DNA from: a virus
Lineage: Duplodnaviria > Caudoviricetes
Virus record (IMG/VR): IMGVR_UViG_3300037427_000580
Location: 1 to 52,852 of that record
DNA: 52,852 nt
Strand: one strand, 5' to 3'
Part shown: positions 37,120 through 46,607 of the stretch, in pieces
How the letters are laid out: each line of letters starts with the position of its first letter
How positions within the stretch are numbered: position 1 is the stretch's first letter
Program-made: the position numbers and the translations under genes
Notes under the pieces: model-generated
What the model was told of the DNA's origin: nothing
The model's input: only the letters and a program-made list of their open reading frames with translations
The model's database searches: none

Positions 37120-38247
37120 CTAATGTGCTGAAAAACCAGTGGGTACGGTACCCTTTATTTTATCACCAATTCTGAAAAAACCTTTAGAAGTTCCAGAACC
37201 ACCACTTGAACCTGAACCAAAATTAAAAACAATATTGCCGTCAGCACTACCACCTAAATTGTGTCCACTTCCAGTAGTCCCAACATTTGAAGCGGGTGCA
37301 CCACCGTCACTCCAACCAATAGTTCCTGTACCATCTTCACTACGCCCTACCCAACATTTTCGGGTGTTTGAATTATAAGCATAATGAAAAACAGCCCCAG
37401 TCGCAGTTCCTAAGTTTGAGCCTGCCCCAGGTGCATACATTTGTGCATTACCACCATAACAATTAACTGTACCCGTAGTATTATAACCAAAAGCACTTGA
37501 AGTTGCTCCGCCAAACAAACCCCACATTAAATATGCTCCAACGGCACCACCACTATTTTCAGAATTAGCTAGTGATGTACCTTCAAAATCTAATTCAAAA
37601 TAATAATTACCAACTCTAAGAGGATTACTTCTCCAAGCCTCTGCTCCAGTACTATTTGTAGCTCCAGATACTGCAAATCCAGAATCGCTACCATTTAATC
37701 CTGAAACACCATTCCAATTAGCACTCCAAGAAAGTGAACCTGGAAAAGTTATTTCTTGTCCTGATGGTTCTAGATATACTGTTTTTGTAGTTGTAGCAAC
37801 ACCATCATTAATTGATAAAGTAAAGTCAAAATCACCACCATAAGTTCCCATTGCAACTCTTACGTGATTATTAGAAGTAGTGTGTGTAAATGTAGCGGCA
37901 TTCGTATCAGCAATACCTGAATTGGCTATTGCCATAGTAGATAGAGTTGCTCCAGGACCATCATCAGAAACAGCATATGTAAAATCCATAACAGCAGACG
38001 AACCAGCATATTTGGAACGGCTGTCAGTAGTTGAATTATCAACTGCTCCAGCCCTTGTTATTGTGATAGTTGGAGCATTAGAGCCTTCTGATAGAATAAA
38101 CCAAGCACTACCATTCCAACAATATAACTTTCTATCACTTGTAGTATATGCTGTTTGTCCTTCAACTAATCCAGTTGTAGGTAAAGCGGCTAAATTTGCA
38201 TATAATAAATGTTCAGGTTCATAACGTACACTTTGATATACTGTCAT
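37120..38247 (-). CDS. Virion protein with shared N-terminal module and SPRY/lectin-like C-terminus
   Basis: NSGIADTN.ATFTHT.SNNH; G.YYFE, K.WVG, C-terminal VPTGF. Confidence 0.68.
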   Translation of the reverse strand: MTVYQSVRYEPEHLLYANLAALPTTGLVEGQTAYTTSDRKLYCWNGSAWFILSEGSNAPTITITRAGAVDNSTTDSRSKYAGSSAVMDFTYAVSDDGPGATLSTMAIANSGIADTNAATFTHTTSNNHVRVAMGTYGGDFDFTLSINDGVATTTKTVYLEPSGQEITFPGSLSWSANWNGVSGLNGSDSGFAVSGATNSTGAEAWRSNPLRVGNYYFELDFEGTSLANSENSGGAVGAYLMWGLFGGATSSAFGYNTTGTVNCYGGNAQMYAPGAGSNLGTATGAVFHYAYNSNTRKCWVGRSEDGTGTIGWSDGGAPASNVGTTGSGHNLGGSADGNIVFNFGSGSSGGSGTSKGFFRIGDKIKGTVPTGFSAH

Positions 38248-38251
38248 ATTA

Positions 38252-41200
38252 TTATCTCTCTGTTAAGAGCCAACCTTGAGCGGCATTATAATAAACTAAT
38301 CCAAAGGCTGCCCTATTTGTTGATATTGTTAAGTTAGAAGCATCACCTTGTATTTTATGACTGTTTCTATTAACTGTAATATTATTTGTACCTGCTTGTC
38401 CTGTAGCATCTATAATTCTTAATTCATCACCTATTGTAGCAGAAGCTGGTAATGTAAGTGTTCTAGCGGCAGAACAATCAACAAGATAACCTTTATCTTT
38501 GGCAAGTGTGACATTTGAAGAACAGGCTTCGTAAGCTACTCCACCACCATCAGAACCATCGGCACCTGGAACACTTAATGATACCCATTGATTAGAACTA
38601 CCATCTTCGTATCGTATAAACATTTTAGCTACTGATGAGTCGAACCAGAGATCGCCATTTTTAGGAGTCCCTGGTGCAGTATCACTTACTGTTGCAGAAC
38701 CTGCCGCGGCCGAGACATTGAATGTTCTTAATGCTAAAATATCTCCAGATGCGGGTGCTCCACCTTGGAAAGTAATATTTGGACTTGCATATGTATAGTC
38801 TGTTGTAGGACGTTGTACAATACCGTTAACTGTTACAATTACATCATTTAATCCCACAACAGGATCAGCTAACTTATATACTGTATTCGAACCATTACAA
38901 GTAAAAGTTTGAACATTTATACCAGCTTTATTAGTAAATCCACCTGAAAATGAACGAATCATAACTGCTGTGCCAGATGCAGGTGCTGAACCAAATGTAA
39001 CTGTTGTTCCTGCTATTGTATAATCAGTTGTTGGACGTTGCATCAAGCCGTCTACAGATACAATAATGTTATTTGCTAGATTTGTAGCTATTGGTGAAGT
39101 AAAAGTTGTAGCTGAACCAGAAGCAGTTGCGACAGTAAAATCTCCCCCAAAATTTCCATTAGCACTTACAGAAGTACCACCAGTTGCAGAAATTGTTAGA
39201 GTATTATTAGCATTATGTCCTGCTATTTGAATATTATTTCCTGGTTGAATATTCAATCTTTGTGTGGCGCCTGTTGCTATAACAGTATTTCCACCATTAA
39301 TTGCTACTGATGAGAAAGAGTTACCACCTGCTCCACCAGTAATTGTAATTGTTTTAGTAGTACCTGTACCACTGGCTGTAACTGTTGAACCTACGAAATT
39401 CAATGTTGTAGCCGCAGTTGATAATGAACTACCTTCTTCTTGAATTGTTAAAGAACCACCAACAGAACTTGGTGCCCATCTACTATTTCCATTATCCCAA
39501 ACTAATGCTTGTCCATCAGATGGTGATGCATTATGTACATTACTCAATGCAGATATACTAGCCGCGGCTATTCTTGCATCTGCTCTAGCATTCGTAAAAT
39601 ATAAATTAGATGAACCTTCTGTTATTTCATCAGTATTATCTTTTGTTGCCACTTGTGCATCAACGTAGGCCTTAACAGATTGTTGACTCGGTGGCCTACT
39701 AGCTGAGTTTGTTGACATATTATCTTCATCAATTAAAGATAAATCTCCTGCATCTACATAAGCTTTTACTGATTGTTGTGATGGAGGACGAGTAGCACTA
39801 TTTGTACTCATATTGTCTTCATCAATAAGTGTTAGAGCATTAGGTTGTGCATCTACATATGCTTTAACTGATTGTTGGGAAGGAGGCCTAGTAGCTGAAT
39901 TGGAAGACATATTATCTTCATCAATTAGAGATAATCCAGATGCATCAACATAAGCTTTAATAGATTGTTGTGTAGCAAGTGCTGTCGCTGAGTTTGAACC
40001 CATAGCATCTTCGTCTAAAATATCGGTAACTGATACTGCACCAGTACCACTTAAACCATCAAACTCTACTGTACCTGTTATATTAATACCACTAGCTGTT
40101 GTTTCAAATTTTTGAGAACCATTATGCTGAAGAGTAACAGCACCTGCTGTTTCAAAAAATGCACTAGTTTTAGCTTGATCAACGCTATTAACTCGTATAT
40201 CAGTACCTGAAATTCGTAAGATACCTGTGTCGTTTTCTATTCTTGATTCAGTACCAGTATGATAGATACTTAAATCTTGATCGGTACCAAAGTTTAATCT
40301 ATCATCTGTTGTGCCACCACTGTCACGAAAATTAATCAGTTGCCCGTCTGTGTCTAGTGTACCACCTAATGAAGGTGTAGTATCTTCACTAAGATTTTGT
40401 AAAGCTGAGATTGTAATTGTTTTAGTAGCACCTGTTCCAGAAGCAGTTACTGGAGTACCAACAAAATTTAATGTTGTTCCAGAATTAGATAGAGAAGAAC
40501 CTTCTTCTTGAACTGTTACTCCACCAGCACCGAAATCTGTATAAGCAGAACCATCATTTGTAAACTGCCATTTATCAGTAGTTTCATTCCATCTAATAGC
40601 AACATTAGTAGCAGAACCTCTTTCAATTTCGATACCACCATTTTCAGAAGGAGTACCAGATTGATTACTATTAATTGTTATTAAATTATCAGCAAGTTTT
40701 ATTGTTTCAGTATTAACAGTTGTACTAGTACCTGCTACTGTTAAGTTACCAGATACAATAACATTATGTGAAAATGTAACTTGTCCACCAACACTTTGTT
40801 CATCTCCAGACGCATTACCAGTTTCAAGAAATAGTGTAGTAGCATTTGCAACTTGTAATCTATCACTTATTAATGTTCTGAGTGCTGTATTAGTACCTGT
40901 TAAATTAGTATTAACTAATGTTGTTCTGGCAGTTTCAGCCGTAACTAAACTTCTGATTGCTGTATTTGTTGCAGTTAAATTAGTATTAACTAATGTATTT
41001 CTATTTGCTTCAGCCGTAACTAATGCTCTTATGGCAGTATTAGTACCTGTTAAATTAGTATTAACTAATGTATTTCTATTTGCTTCAGTAGTTATTAATG
41101 CACGTAATGCCGTGTTTGTTGCAAGTACTGTAGAATCGTCTGTACCTCCTGCACCAGCGGCTAACATTGCACCAGTTATGGTACCTGCTGTTATTGTGTT

Positions 41201-41296
41201 ATTTGCGTGAAGTTTTGCGTTTGTACCGAAAACTACTGTTGATGGTGAGTTTACTGCCAAACCATGCTTGGCTACGAATGCTTTTGATGATGCCAT
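38252..41296 (-). CDS. Tail fibre / baseplate-associated repeat protein
   Basis: Internal repeats; GNLTV.GT.TTVN..DN, DLWFDS, V.G..QRPT.DY, gp9/gp10-like TLTLPA..GD...ID C-terminus; TATAAATA at 41337-41344. Confidence 0.8.
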   Translation of the reverse strand: MASSKAFVAKHGLAVNSPSTVVFGTNAKLHANNTITAGTITGAMLAAGAGGTDDSTVLATNTALRALITTEANRNTLVNTNLTGTNTAIRALVTAEANRNTLVNTNLTATNTAIRSLVTAETARTTLVNTNLTGTNTALRTLISDRLQVANATTLFLETGNASGDEQSVGGQVTFSHNVIVSGNLTVAGTSTTVNTETIKLADNLITINSNQSGTPSENGGIEIERGSATNVAIRWNETTDKWQFTNDGSAYTDFGAGGVTVQEEGSSLSNSGTTLNFVGTPVTASGTGATKTITISALQNLSEDTTPSLGGTLDTDGQLINFRDSGGTTDDRLNFGTDQDLSIYHTGTESRIENDTGILRISGTDIRVNSVDQAKTSAFFETAGAVTLQHNGSQKFETTASGINITGTVEFDGLSGTGAVSVTDILDEDAMGSNSATALATQQSIKAYVDASGLSLIDEDNMSSNSATRPPSQQSVKAYVDAQPNALTLIDEDNMSTNSATRPPSQQSVKAYVDAGDLSLIDEDNMSTNSASRPPSQQSVKAYVDAQVATKDNTDEITEGSSNLYFTNARADARIAAASISALSNVHNASPSDGQALVWDNGNSRWAPSSVGGSLTIQEEGSSLSTAATTLNFVGSTVTASGTGTTKTITITGGAGGNSFSSVAINGGNTVIATGATQRLNIQPGNNIQIAGHNANNTLTISATGGTSVSANGNFGGDFTVATASGSATTFTSPIATNLANNIIVSVDGLMQRPTTDYTIAGTTVTFGSAPASGTAVMIRSFSGGFTNKAGINVQTFTCNGSNTVYKLADPVVGLNDVIVTVNGIVQRPTTDYTYASPNITFQGGAPASGDILALRTFNVSAAAGSATVSDTAPGTPKNGDLWFDSSVAKMFIRYEDGSSNQWVSLSVPGADGSDGGGVAYEACSSNVTLAKDKGYLVDCSAARTLTLPASATIGDELRIIDATGQAGTNNITVNRNSHKIQGDASNLTISTNRAAFGLVYYNAAQGWLLTER
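39640..40025 (-). repeat. Four 93-99 bp coding repeats (LIDEDNMS.NSATRPPSQQSVKAYVDA)
   Basis: tcttc(a/g)tc anchors at about 39723, 39816, 39915 and 40008. Confidence 0.9.
40865..41115 (-). repeat. Three 75-bp coding repeats (NRNTLVNTNLTGTNTAIRALVTAEA)
   Basis: taaattagtattaactaatg at 40901, 40976 and 41051. Confidence 0.9.
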
Positions 41297-41349
41297 TAGA
41301 TTTCCCTGTCCGTCTAATAGATTATTATTTTCTTTCTATTTATAAGAAA

Positions 41350-42153
41350 CTAAAGTGCATCTATTTTTAATTTATCATTCGCATTTTTAATATAGTTTAT
41401 AATATCTAGTCTACCCATTCCTGCTCCAGTTGAATTTTCTAGATAATATTTATTGATGTATACTATAAAAGCTTCGATATCTTTAGGGAAACATTCTCCA
41501 CCAAATCCTAATTCTCCATCAGAATTGGGAGCTTTCATATGACTTGGTCCAATATTTTTCATTTGTGACAAAGCACCAACCATTTGTTCATAATTTATTT
41601 GTGGAGGTAATTTTCTTTTTAATTCATGAAAAAATGTAACTTTAGTAGCTAGAAAAGAATTATAAGCATACTTAATTGCACTAGCAGTTTGTCTATCTGT
41701 TTCATAAAATCTTTTATGATGAAACACTTTCTTCCAAAAATCGATATTCTTTTTAGATGTTCCACCCACAACAAAGATTTCTTTTGTTTCAAAATCTTCT
41801 TTTGCGTGTTTAGCCCGTAAAAATTCTGGACAATATGTTACATTGTCGCTATATTCTTTTATGAGATCGGGTGTTACAGTACTTTTTAATAATACTGGTT
41901 TTGATGTTCCTATTTGATGTAGTACATCTTTTATTATAGTATCATCACACTCACCTTTAAATGCTCTTAGAGTATCAAAGTTTCCAGGTGCTGGTACACA
42001 AACTATAAAAGCATCTGCTTTTGATGATGTTATTGTTAAATTGTTTTCTAAAACTGGATCTATTAAATCTTGTTTTATTTCTTTTGCATTTTCTTCTAAG
42101 TAATCGCTTACTGTTTTTCCTACTACTCCGTAACCAACAATACCTATTCGCAA
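41350..42153 (-). CDS. UDP-glucose/GDP-mannose dehydrogenase-family protein (short form)
   Basis: GIVGYGVVG, VCVP.P, KSTV.P, PEFLR, KY..N.FLA.K, GFGGECFPKD. Confidence 0.88.
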   Translation of the reverse strand: MRIGIVGYGVVGKTVSDYLEENAKEIKQDLIDPVLENNLTITSSKADAFIVCVPAPGNFDTLRAFKGECDDTIIKDVLHQIGTSKPVLLKSTVTPDLIKEYSDNVTYCPEFLRAKHAKEDFETKEIFVVGGTSKKNIDFWKKVFHHKRFYETDRQTASAIKYAYNSFLATKVTFFHELKRKLPPQINYEQMVGALSQMKNIGPSHMKAPNSDGELGFGGECFPKDIEAFIVYINKYYLENSTGAGMGRLDIINYIKNANDKLKIDAL

Positions 42154-42554
42154 ACTCTTCTCCTTAAATCGCTAGAACTAAATCTATGTTCTCTTTTATT
42201 AAAAAATAATTCAATATCTCTTTTCTTACATATATCACGGCCAGTAAATTCTTTATTTCTATATTCTTCACCTAATATTCTTATATGTATATCGTACATA
42301 GAAAGTATATCATCTAAATCTTGTTCAGTAGAATATGGTATTATTTCATCAACATATTTGATGCCGTTTAATTGAGTATATCTTTCTACGATTGTTTGTA
42401 CAGGTGCATTCTTTTCTTTACGATCAATTGTGGGATCAGTTTGTAGTCCACATATTAAATAATCACATTGCTCTTTAGCTTCACGTAACATCTGAACGTG
42501 TCCAGCATGAAGTAAATCGAATGTACTACAAGTAAAACCTATTTTCATTTTCAT
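42144..42554 (-). CDS. tagD: Glycerol-3-phosphate cytidylyltransferase-like protein
   Basis: TFDLLHAGH, ER...L....YVDEII, FSSSDLR. Confidence 0.88.
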   Translation of the reverse strand: MKMKIGFTCSTFDLLHAGHVQMLREAKEQCDYLICGLQTDPTIDRKEKNAPVQTIVERYTQLNGIKYVDEIIPYSTEQDLDDILSMYDIHIRILGEEYRNKEFTGRDICKKRDIELFFNKREHRFSSSDLRRRVCE

Positions 42555-42560
42555 ACATAA

Positions 42561-42589
42561 ATCATAACATAAAACTTTATAGTTGTCAA
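42561..42589 (-). promoter_or_regulatory. sigma70-like early promoter
   Basis: TTGACA-17 nt-TATGAT with extended -10 TG. Confidence 0.75.
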
Positions 42590-42595
42590 CTACTT

Positions 42596-45500
42596 TTATG
42601 AAACTGCTGTTATTCCATATAAGTTTGATTGTGGTACTTGGAAATCTTTATCGTACACAGATTGTCCTTTAACTACTCTCATATTTGATATATATCCTTT
42701 GAAAGATTCTAAACCAGCTAGTCCTCCAACAGAGAATACATCAGCAGTACTATTACTAGAATCATCTTGTCCAGTATGAACACAAGAACCATTTATCATT
42801 ACAAAAGCCTGATTAGCTCCAGTACCCTTTCTACAAACTGCTATATGAGTCCATTTCTGAAAAGGTATTTCAACTGTAGTATCGAAATTAGAACCAGCAC
42901 CCTTATAATACCACACAAAATGATCAGTAGCCTGTATCGTACTCACTTTTGTTGAGTTATTAGTATTATAGCCCTGATGGCCCCAAAAAGTTTCATTAGC
43001 CGCAGAAGTTCTATCTCTCCAAATCCAAGCTTCCATACAATATGCACCTGAACCAAAAGCGAAATCCGCGTGAGATGGTGTTGTTATATAATCACCAGTT
43101 CCGTCAAAATATACAGAATACATACCACCTATAGGAGCAAAATTAGATACTGCGGCATTTCCACCAGTTGTCAATGAATGATTACCCGCTGAACCATCAG
43201 ATATAGATGCGGCGTGACAAGTTAATAATTTAGTATTTGAAGCTGTAACTGTTTGTCCAGCTTGGAATGATGTTGATGTTGTGAGTGTTTGTAACTTCGG
43301 CTCAAATGGATATTTTGAATCTCTTGTCCATCTAAAATCTCCCATATTGAGAAAACTATAATCAGTAGTCCAATTTTCACAGGCTCCCATAAATAAAGTC
43401 TTATAGTAATTAGCCATATTCATATTTGCAAGCCATTTATTAGTTAAGACACCATTAACAAAACAATTTGTACTATGGCCTCCTGCTTGAGCATGTTTAA
43501 TTGCTTGTCTAGTTATTGCTACGTGATACCAAGTGTCATCAGAACAAGTTACACCACTAGTTTGTTCCCCACCATTTCCTTCTTTAAAGAAACGAAATGT
43601 GTTTTGTCTACATCTAATACCAGGGCCATGAGTCTGTTCACCAGAACTTGTAGTGGGTTGTTGAAATTGGAATATACCACCCTTATCAGCACTTTCTGTA
43701 TGATCTTCAAAACGTACCCAACACTCCAATGTATAATCTGTATATCCATTTGGAACCCAGAAATTTTCAATCCATTCGCCGTTAAGGTTTTTATAAATTT
43801 CAGCTTTATTATCAAAATCATATCTATTAAATGGAATCACAGTCTGATAATTATCACCTTTAGCCCAAGTAGGTATACCAGAAAATTTTACTTGGCTTGT
43901 ATCAGAAGCACTAGCCGCATAGCCATAAGAGTTTCTCCAAGGTACATGGCTAACAGGATCTACAATACCACCCTCTTCAAAATTCCATAAAATTTTACAA
44001 TTAGTAGCAGTCATTGAAACATTAACATTAGTTTCTGATGGATATTTACCACCTGTTTGAGTTAAAGGTCCATTTGGAGGTGTGAAATTTCCAGTATAAG
44101 CGGCTTGTCCCTTCATAAATCTAACATCTGTTATATGTCCAGAGAAACCTGTACCAACATTAAAACCACCTGAACTAATGGCTTCTGTCGCAATTCCAGC
44201 TCCCGACTCTGTGGCTCTTAACTGTCCATTAATATATAATTTAGCAACATTACTAATTCTAGTACCAGCAATGTGATACCAAGTATTGATTTGTAATGGA
44301 TTAGTCGCTGAGTCCATATCATATTTTGGATAATTGGAATCACCCCATTTACGAAATTGTAACTCGCCGTCAACAAAACCTATCCACAATTTACCAGATC
44401 TTTGGCTAGTCGAATGGGGAAGATTATCACCAGATAATATTTGCTGATTAAAATTTGATAAGCCAGCAGAATACTGTTCGCCAGTATTGGTAGCATCAGA
44501 GTAAAAAGATTTTATATAAACCCAACACTCTAGAGAAAAATCTTGTGAAGAAGTTAACTCAAATGCCGCAACTACATCTGAGTGTGTGCTAGACTGTAAA
44601 CCATAAAGTCCAGATTGACGATTTCTAGTTGGAAATAATGCAGAACCACCGTGTATAGATTTATCCCAAGGTGATGTCATATTATAAGGAGAAGCAACAA
44701 TAGCCTCAACTCCACAATCTTGGTAATAATCAGCACCAGTTTGTGTATTTCTAGGCAAAGAGTTCATATAATTTCTACCAGTTAAATCTTTTGTATCTGA
44801 TATGTATGGCATTAAACCTGTTCTAAATATTGTAGTACCTGAACTATAATCTGCTAAAGTTTCCGTAGGTGGTGTGAAGGCTGCCGCATAAGCTTGAGCA
44901 CCTTTGACAATTCTTACGTCAGCTATGTAACCTTTAAAATAATTTCCAGCACTAGCCTGAGTAGCACCCAATCTAACTGTACCAGAAGTTCTATTAAATG
45001 CTTTTACAGTAGCAGATCCAGTAACAGTAGCACTTCCTACTAGAATACCATCAACATAAAATTTTAATCCGTCACTAGCATCTCGACACATTGCTATGTG
45101 ATGCCATTTACAAACATCAAAAAGTCCTATTCCGTTCATATATGCAGGTGAACCAACAATGTCATTACCATCAAATCCACCAACTTGCCATCCAGTTGAT
45201 GCATTATATTTTATTCCTACAACATTTTGAGATTGTCCTGTCGCCGCCATTTCAAATAATGTTCTAGTACCTGAATTATCAAATGACATAAACCACATTT
45301 CTATAGACATAGCACCAGAACCAAATTCAAAATCAGCATTTTCTCCAGGTATATTTTGATCTGTGATATCTAAGTAATCATTGCCTTCAAAATACATACA
45401 ATAACCTTTTGGTCCATAAGGTGAAACACTACCTACAAGCATTTGATCTGTTGAGTTGGACCATGTTAAATTTGATATAGTAGTTCCATTAGACATGGCA

Positions 45501-46201
45501 GTTAATGCTGGAGGTCCAGCACCCCACTTTGAAAACTCATTATACTTATCATTGCCAAATCCTGTCAGAGCCGCCCAATCGTATACTGTATCAGGAACTG
45601 GCTCTAGAGAACTATATTCTATTGTTAATGAATCTGTTCCAGTATTAACACCATCTGTAGCTGATACAGTCAAAGTTGCTCCAGTCCAATCAGTAGCTTT
45701 AGTGTTTGTTATTCTAAGAGTGTTATTTGCTGTAGTATGAACTATAGTAGCTTGACTGGCGTTTGCAATACCAGAGTTAGCGAAAGTAACTGTTGTTGGT
45801 GTTCCTTCTGGTTCTACTACTGTATAAGTAACATCAAGAGTATTACCTGTTGAACCCCCTACTTTAATAGAATCTACACTAAGAGTTATATTTGGAGAAG
45901 TATTAACTGTAGTTATTTTATACCAACCTGAACCATTAGATATAAAAAGTGTATTATTACCACTACTATAAGATAGTGTTCCAGCAGGTGAAGCAGGCCA
46001 AGCCAAAACATCATTATTTGCTACAACTGTAACTGCGGCCCCACCTTGAACACCTAAACCAGCTTCAATGACACTTACGTTAGCTTGGGAATCTGTTATC
46101 TTTAGATTACCACTATCAGCTCCCATAATAACTCTTGAGGCACCTGTACCGATTGTTACAGTATTTCCTGATGTTTGTGAAAACGGAACTTTTTGTACCA
46201 T
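42596..46201 (-). CDS. Large virion protein with multiple LamG/concanavalin-like domains
   Basis: Shared NSGIA...HT..NN module; four E(M/C/A)W...W.H.A..R LamG-type repeats. Confidence 0.82.
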   Translation of the reverse strand: MVQKVPFSQTSGNTVTIGTGASRVIMGADSGNLKITDSQANVSVIEAGLGVQGGAAVTVVANNDVLAWPASPAGTLSYSSGNNTLFISNGSGWYKITTVNTSPNITLSVDSIKVGGSTGNTLDVTYTVVEPEGTPTTVTFANSGIANASQATIVHTTANNTLRITNTKATDWTGATLTVSATDGVNTGTDSLTIEYSSLEPVPDTVYDWAALTGFGNDKYNEFSKWGAGPPALTAMSNGTTISNLTWSNSTDQMLVGSVSPYGPKGYCMYFEGNDYLDITDQNIPGENADFEFGSGAMSIEMWFMSFDNSGTRTLFEMAATGQSQNVVGIKYNASTGWQVGGFDGNDIVGSPAYMNGIGLFDVCKWHHIAMCRDASDGLKFYVDGILVGSATVTGSATVKAFNRTSGTVRLGATQASAGNYFKGYIADVRIVKGAQAYAAAFTPPTETLADYSSGTTIFRTGLMPYISDTKDLTGRNYMNSLPRNTQTGADYYQDCGVEAIVASPYNMTSPWDKSIHGGSALFPTRNRQSGLYGLQSSTHSDVVAAFELTSSQDFSLECWVYIKSFYSDATNTGEQYSAGLSNFNQQILSGDNLPHSTSQRSGKLWIGFVDGELQFRKWGDSNYPKYDMDSATNPLQINTWYHIAGTRISNVAKLYINGQLRATESGAGIATEAISSGGFNVGTGFSGHITDVRFMKGQAAYTGNFTPPNGPLTQTGGKYPSETNVNVSMTATNCKILWNFEEGGIVDPVSHVPWRNSYGYAASASDTSQVKFSGIPTWAKGDNYQTVIPFNRYDFDNKAEIYKNLNGEWIENFWVPNGYTDYTLECWVRFEDHTESADKGGIFQFQQPTTSSGEQTHGPGIRCRQNTFRFFKEGNGGEQTSGVTCSDDTWYHVAITRQAIKHAQAGGHSTNCFVNGVLTNKWLANMNMANYYKTLFMGACENWTTDYSFLNMGDFRWTRDSKYPFEPKLQTLTTSTSFQAGQTVTASNTKLLTCHAASISDGSAGNHSLTTGGNAAVSNFAPIGGMYSVYFDGTGDYITTPSHADFAFGSGAYCMEAWIWRDRTSAANETFWGHQGYNTNNSTKVSTIQATDHFVWYYKGAGSNFDTTVEIPFQKWTHIAVCRKGTGANQAFVMINGSCVHTGQDDSSNSTADVFSVGGLAGLESFKGYISNMRVVKGQSVYDKDFQVPQSNLYGITAVS

Positions 46202-46244
46202 AATTTATACCTTACCTTTTTCTATATTTATCTATAGCAAAACT

Positions 46245-46607
46245 TTATCTTGCTACGCCTATTCTTGTTATCTTTAAATTCAATGTTCCTGTTGATGCAG
46301 GTGTTGCTCTTAATCTAAGTGTTCTTGGTGGACCCACATCTGAGTCTGCTGAGAATGTTACTAGATTTGTTGATTGAATATCTGAAAATTGAGTGTAGTC
46401 ACAATCTGTGGCTGAAGTCATAGCTACAACAACTGTACAATAATGAAAGTCTGTGCCCTTTGTCGCCATGATATTATAAACTACAGAACTTGTATCTACA
46501 GCTTGTACAGAGTCAACAGTTGATATTGACGTTCCCGTTGCAGTTGTTGATATCTGTGAATATTTGTCTGCTAAATCCGCAAATATTCTTGCTTTACTTT
46601 TTGCCAT
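46245..46607 (-). CDS. Small virion-associated hypothetical protein
   Basis: Beta-rich; resembles the C-terminal domain of the upstream gene. Confidence 0.6.
   Translation of the reverse strand: MAKSKARIFADLADKYSQISTTATGTSISTVDSVQAVDTSSVVYNIMATKGTDFHYCTVVVAMTSATDCDYTQFSDIQSTNLVTFSADSDVGPPRTLRLRATPASTGTLNLKITRIGVAR

Noticed and set aside
39640-41115. CRISPR-like arrays
   Set aside because: The repeats are in-frame coding repeats with periods divisible by three and no unique spacers
32495-46201. Diversity-generating retroelement acting on the adhesin array
   Set aside because: No reverse transcriptase in the window and no template/variable repeat pair with A-specific mismatches seen; similarity lies in the N-terminal modules
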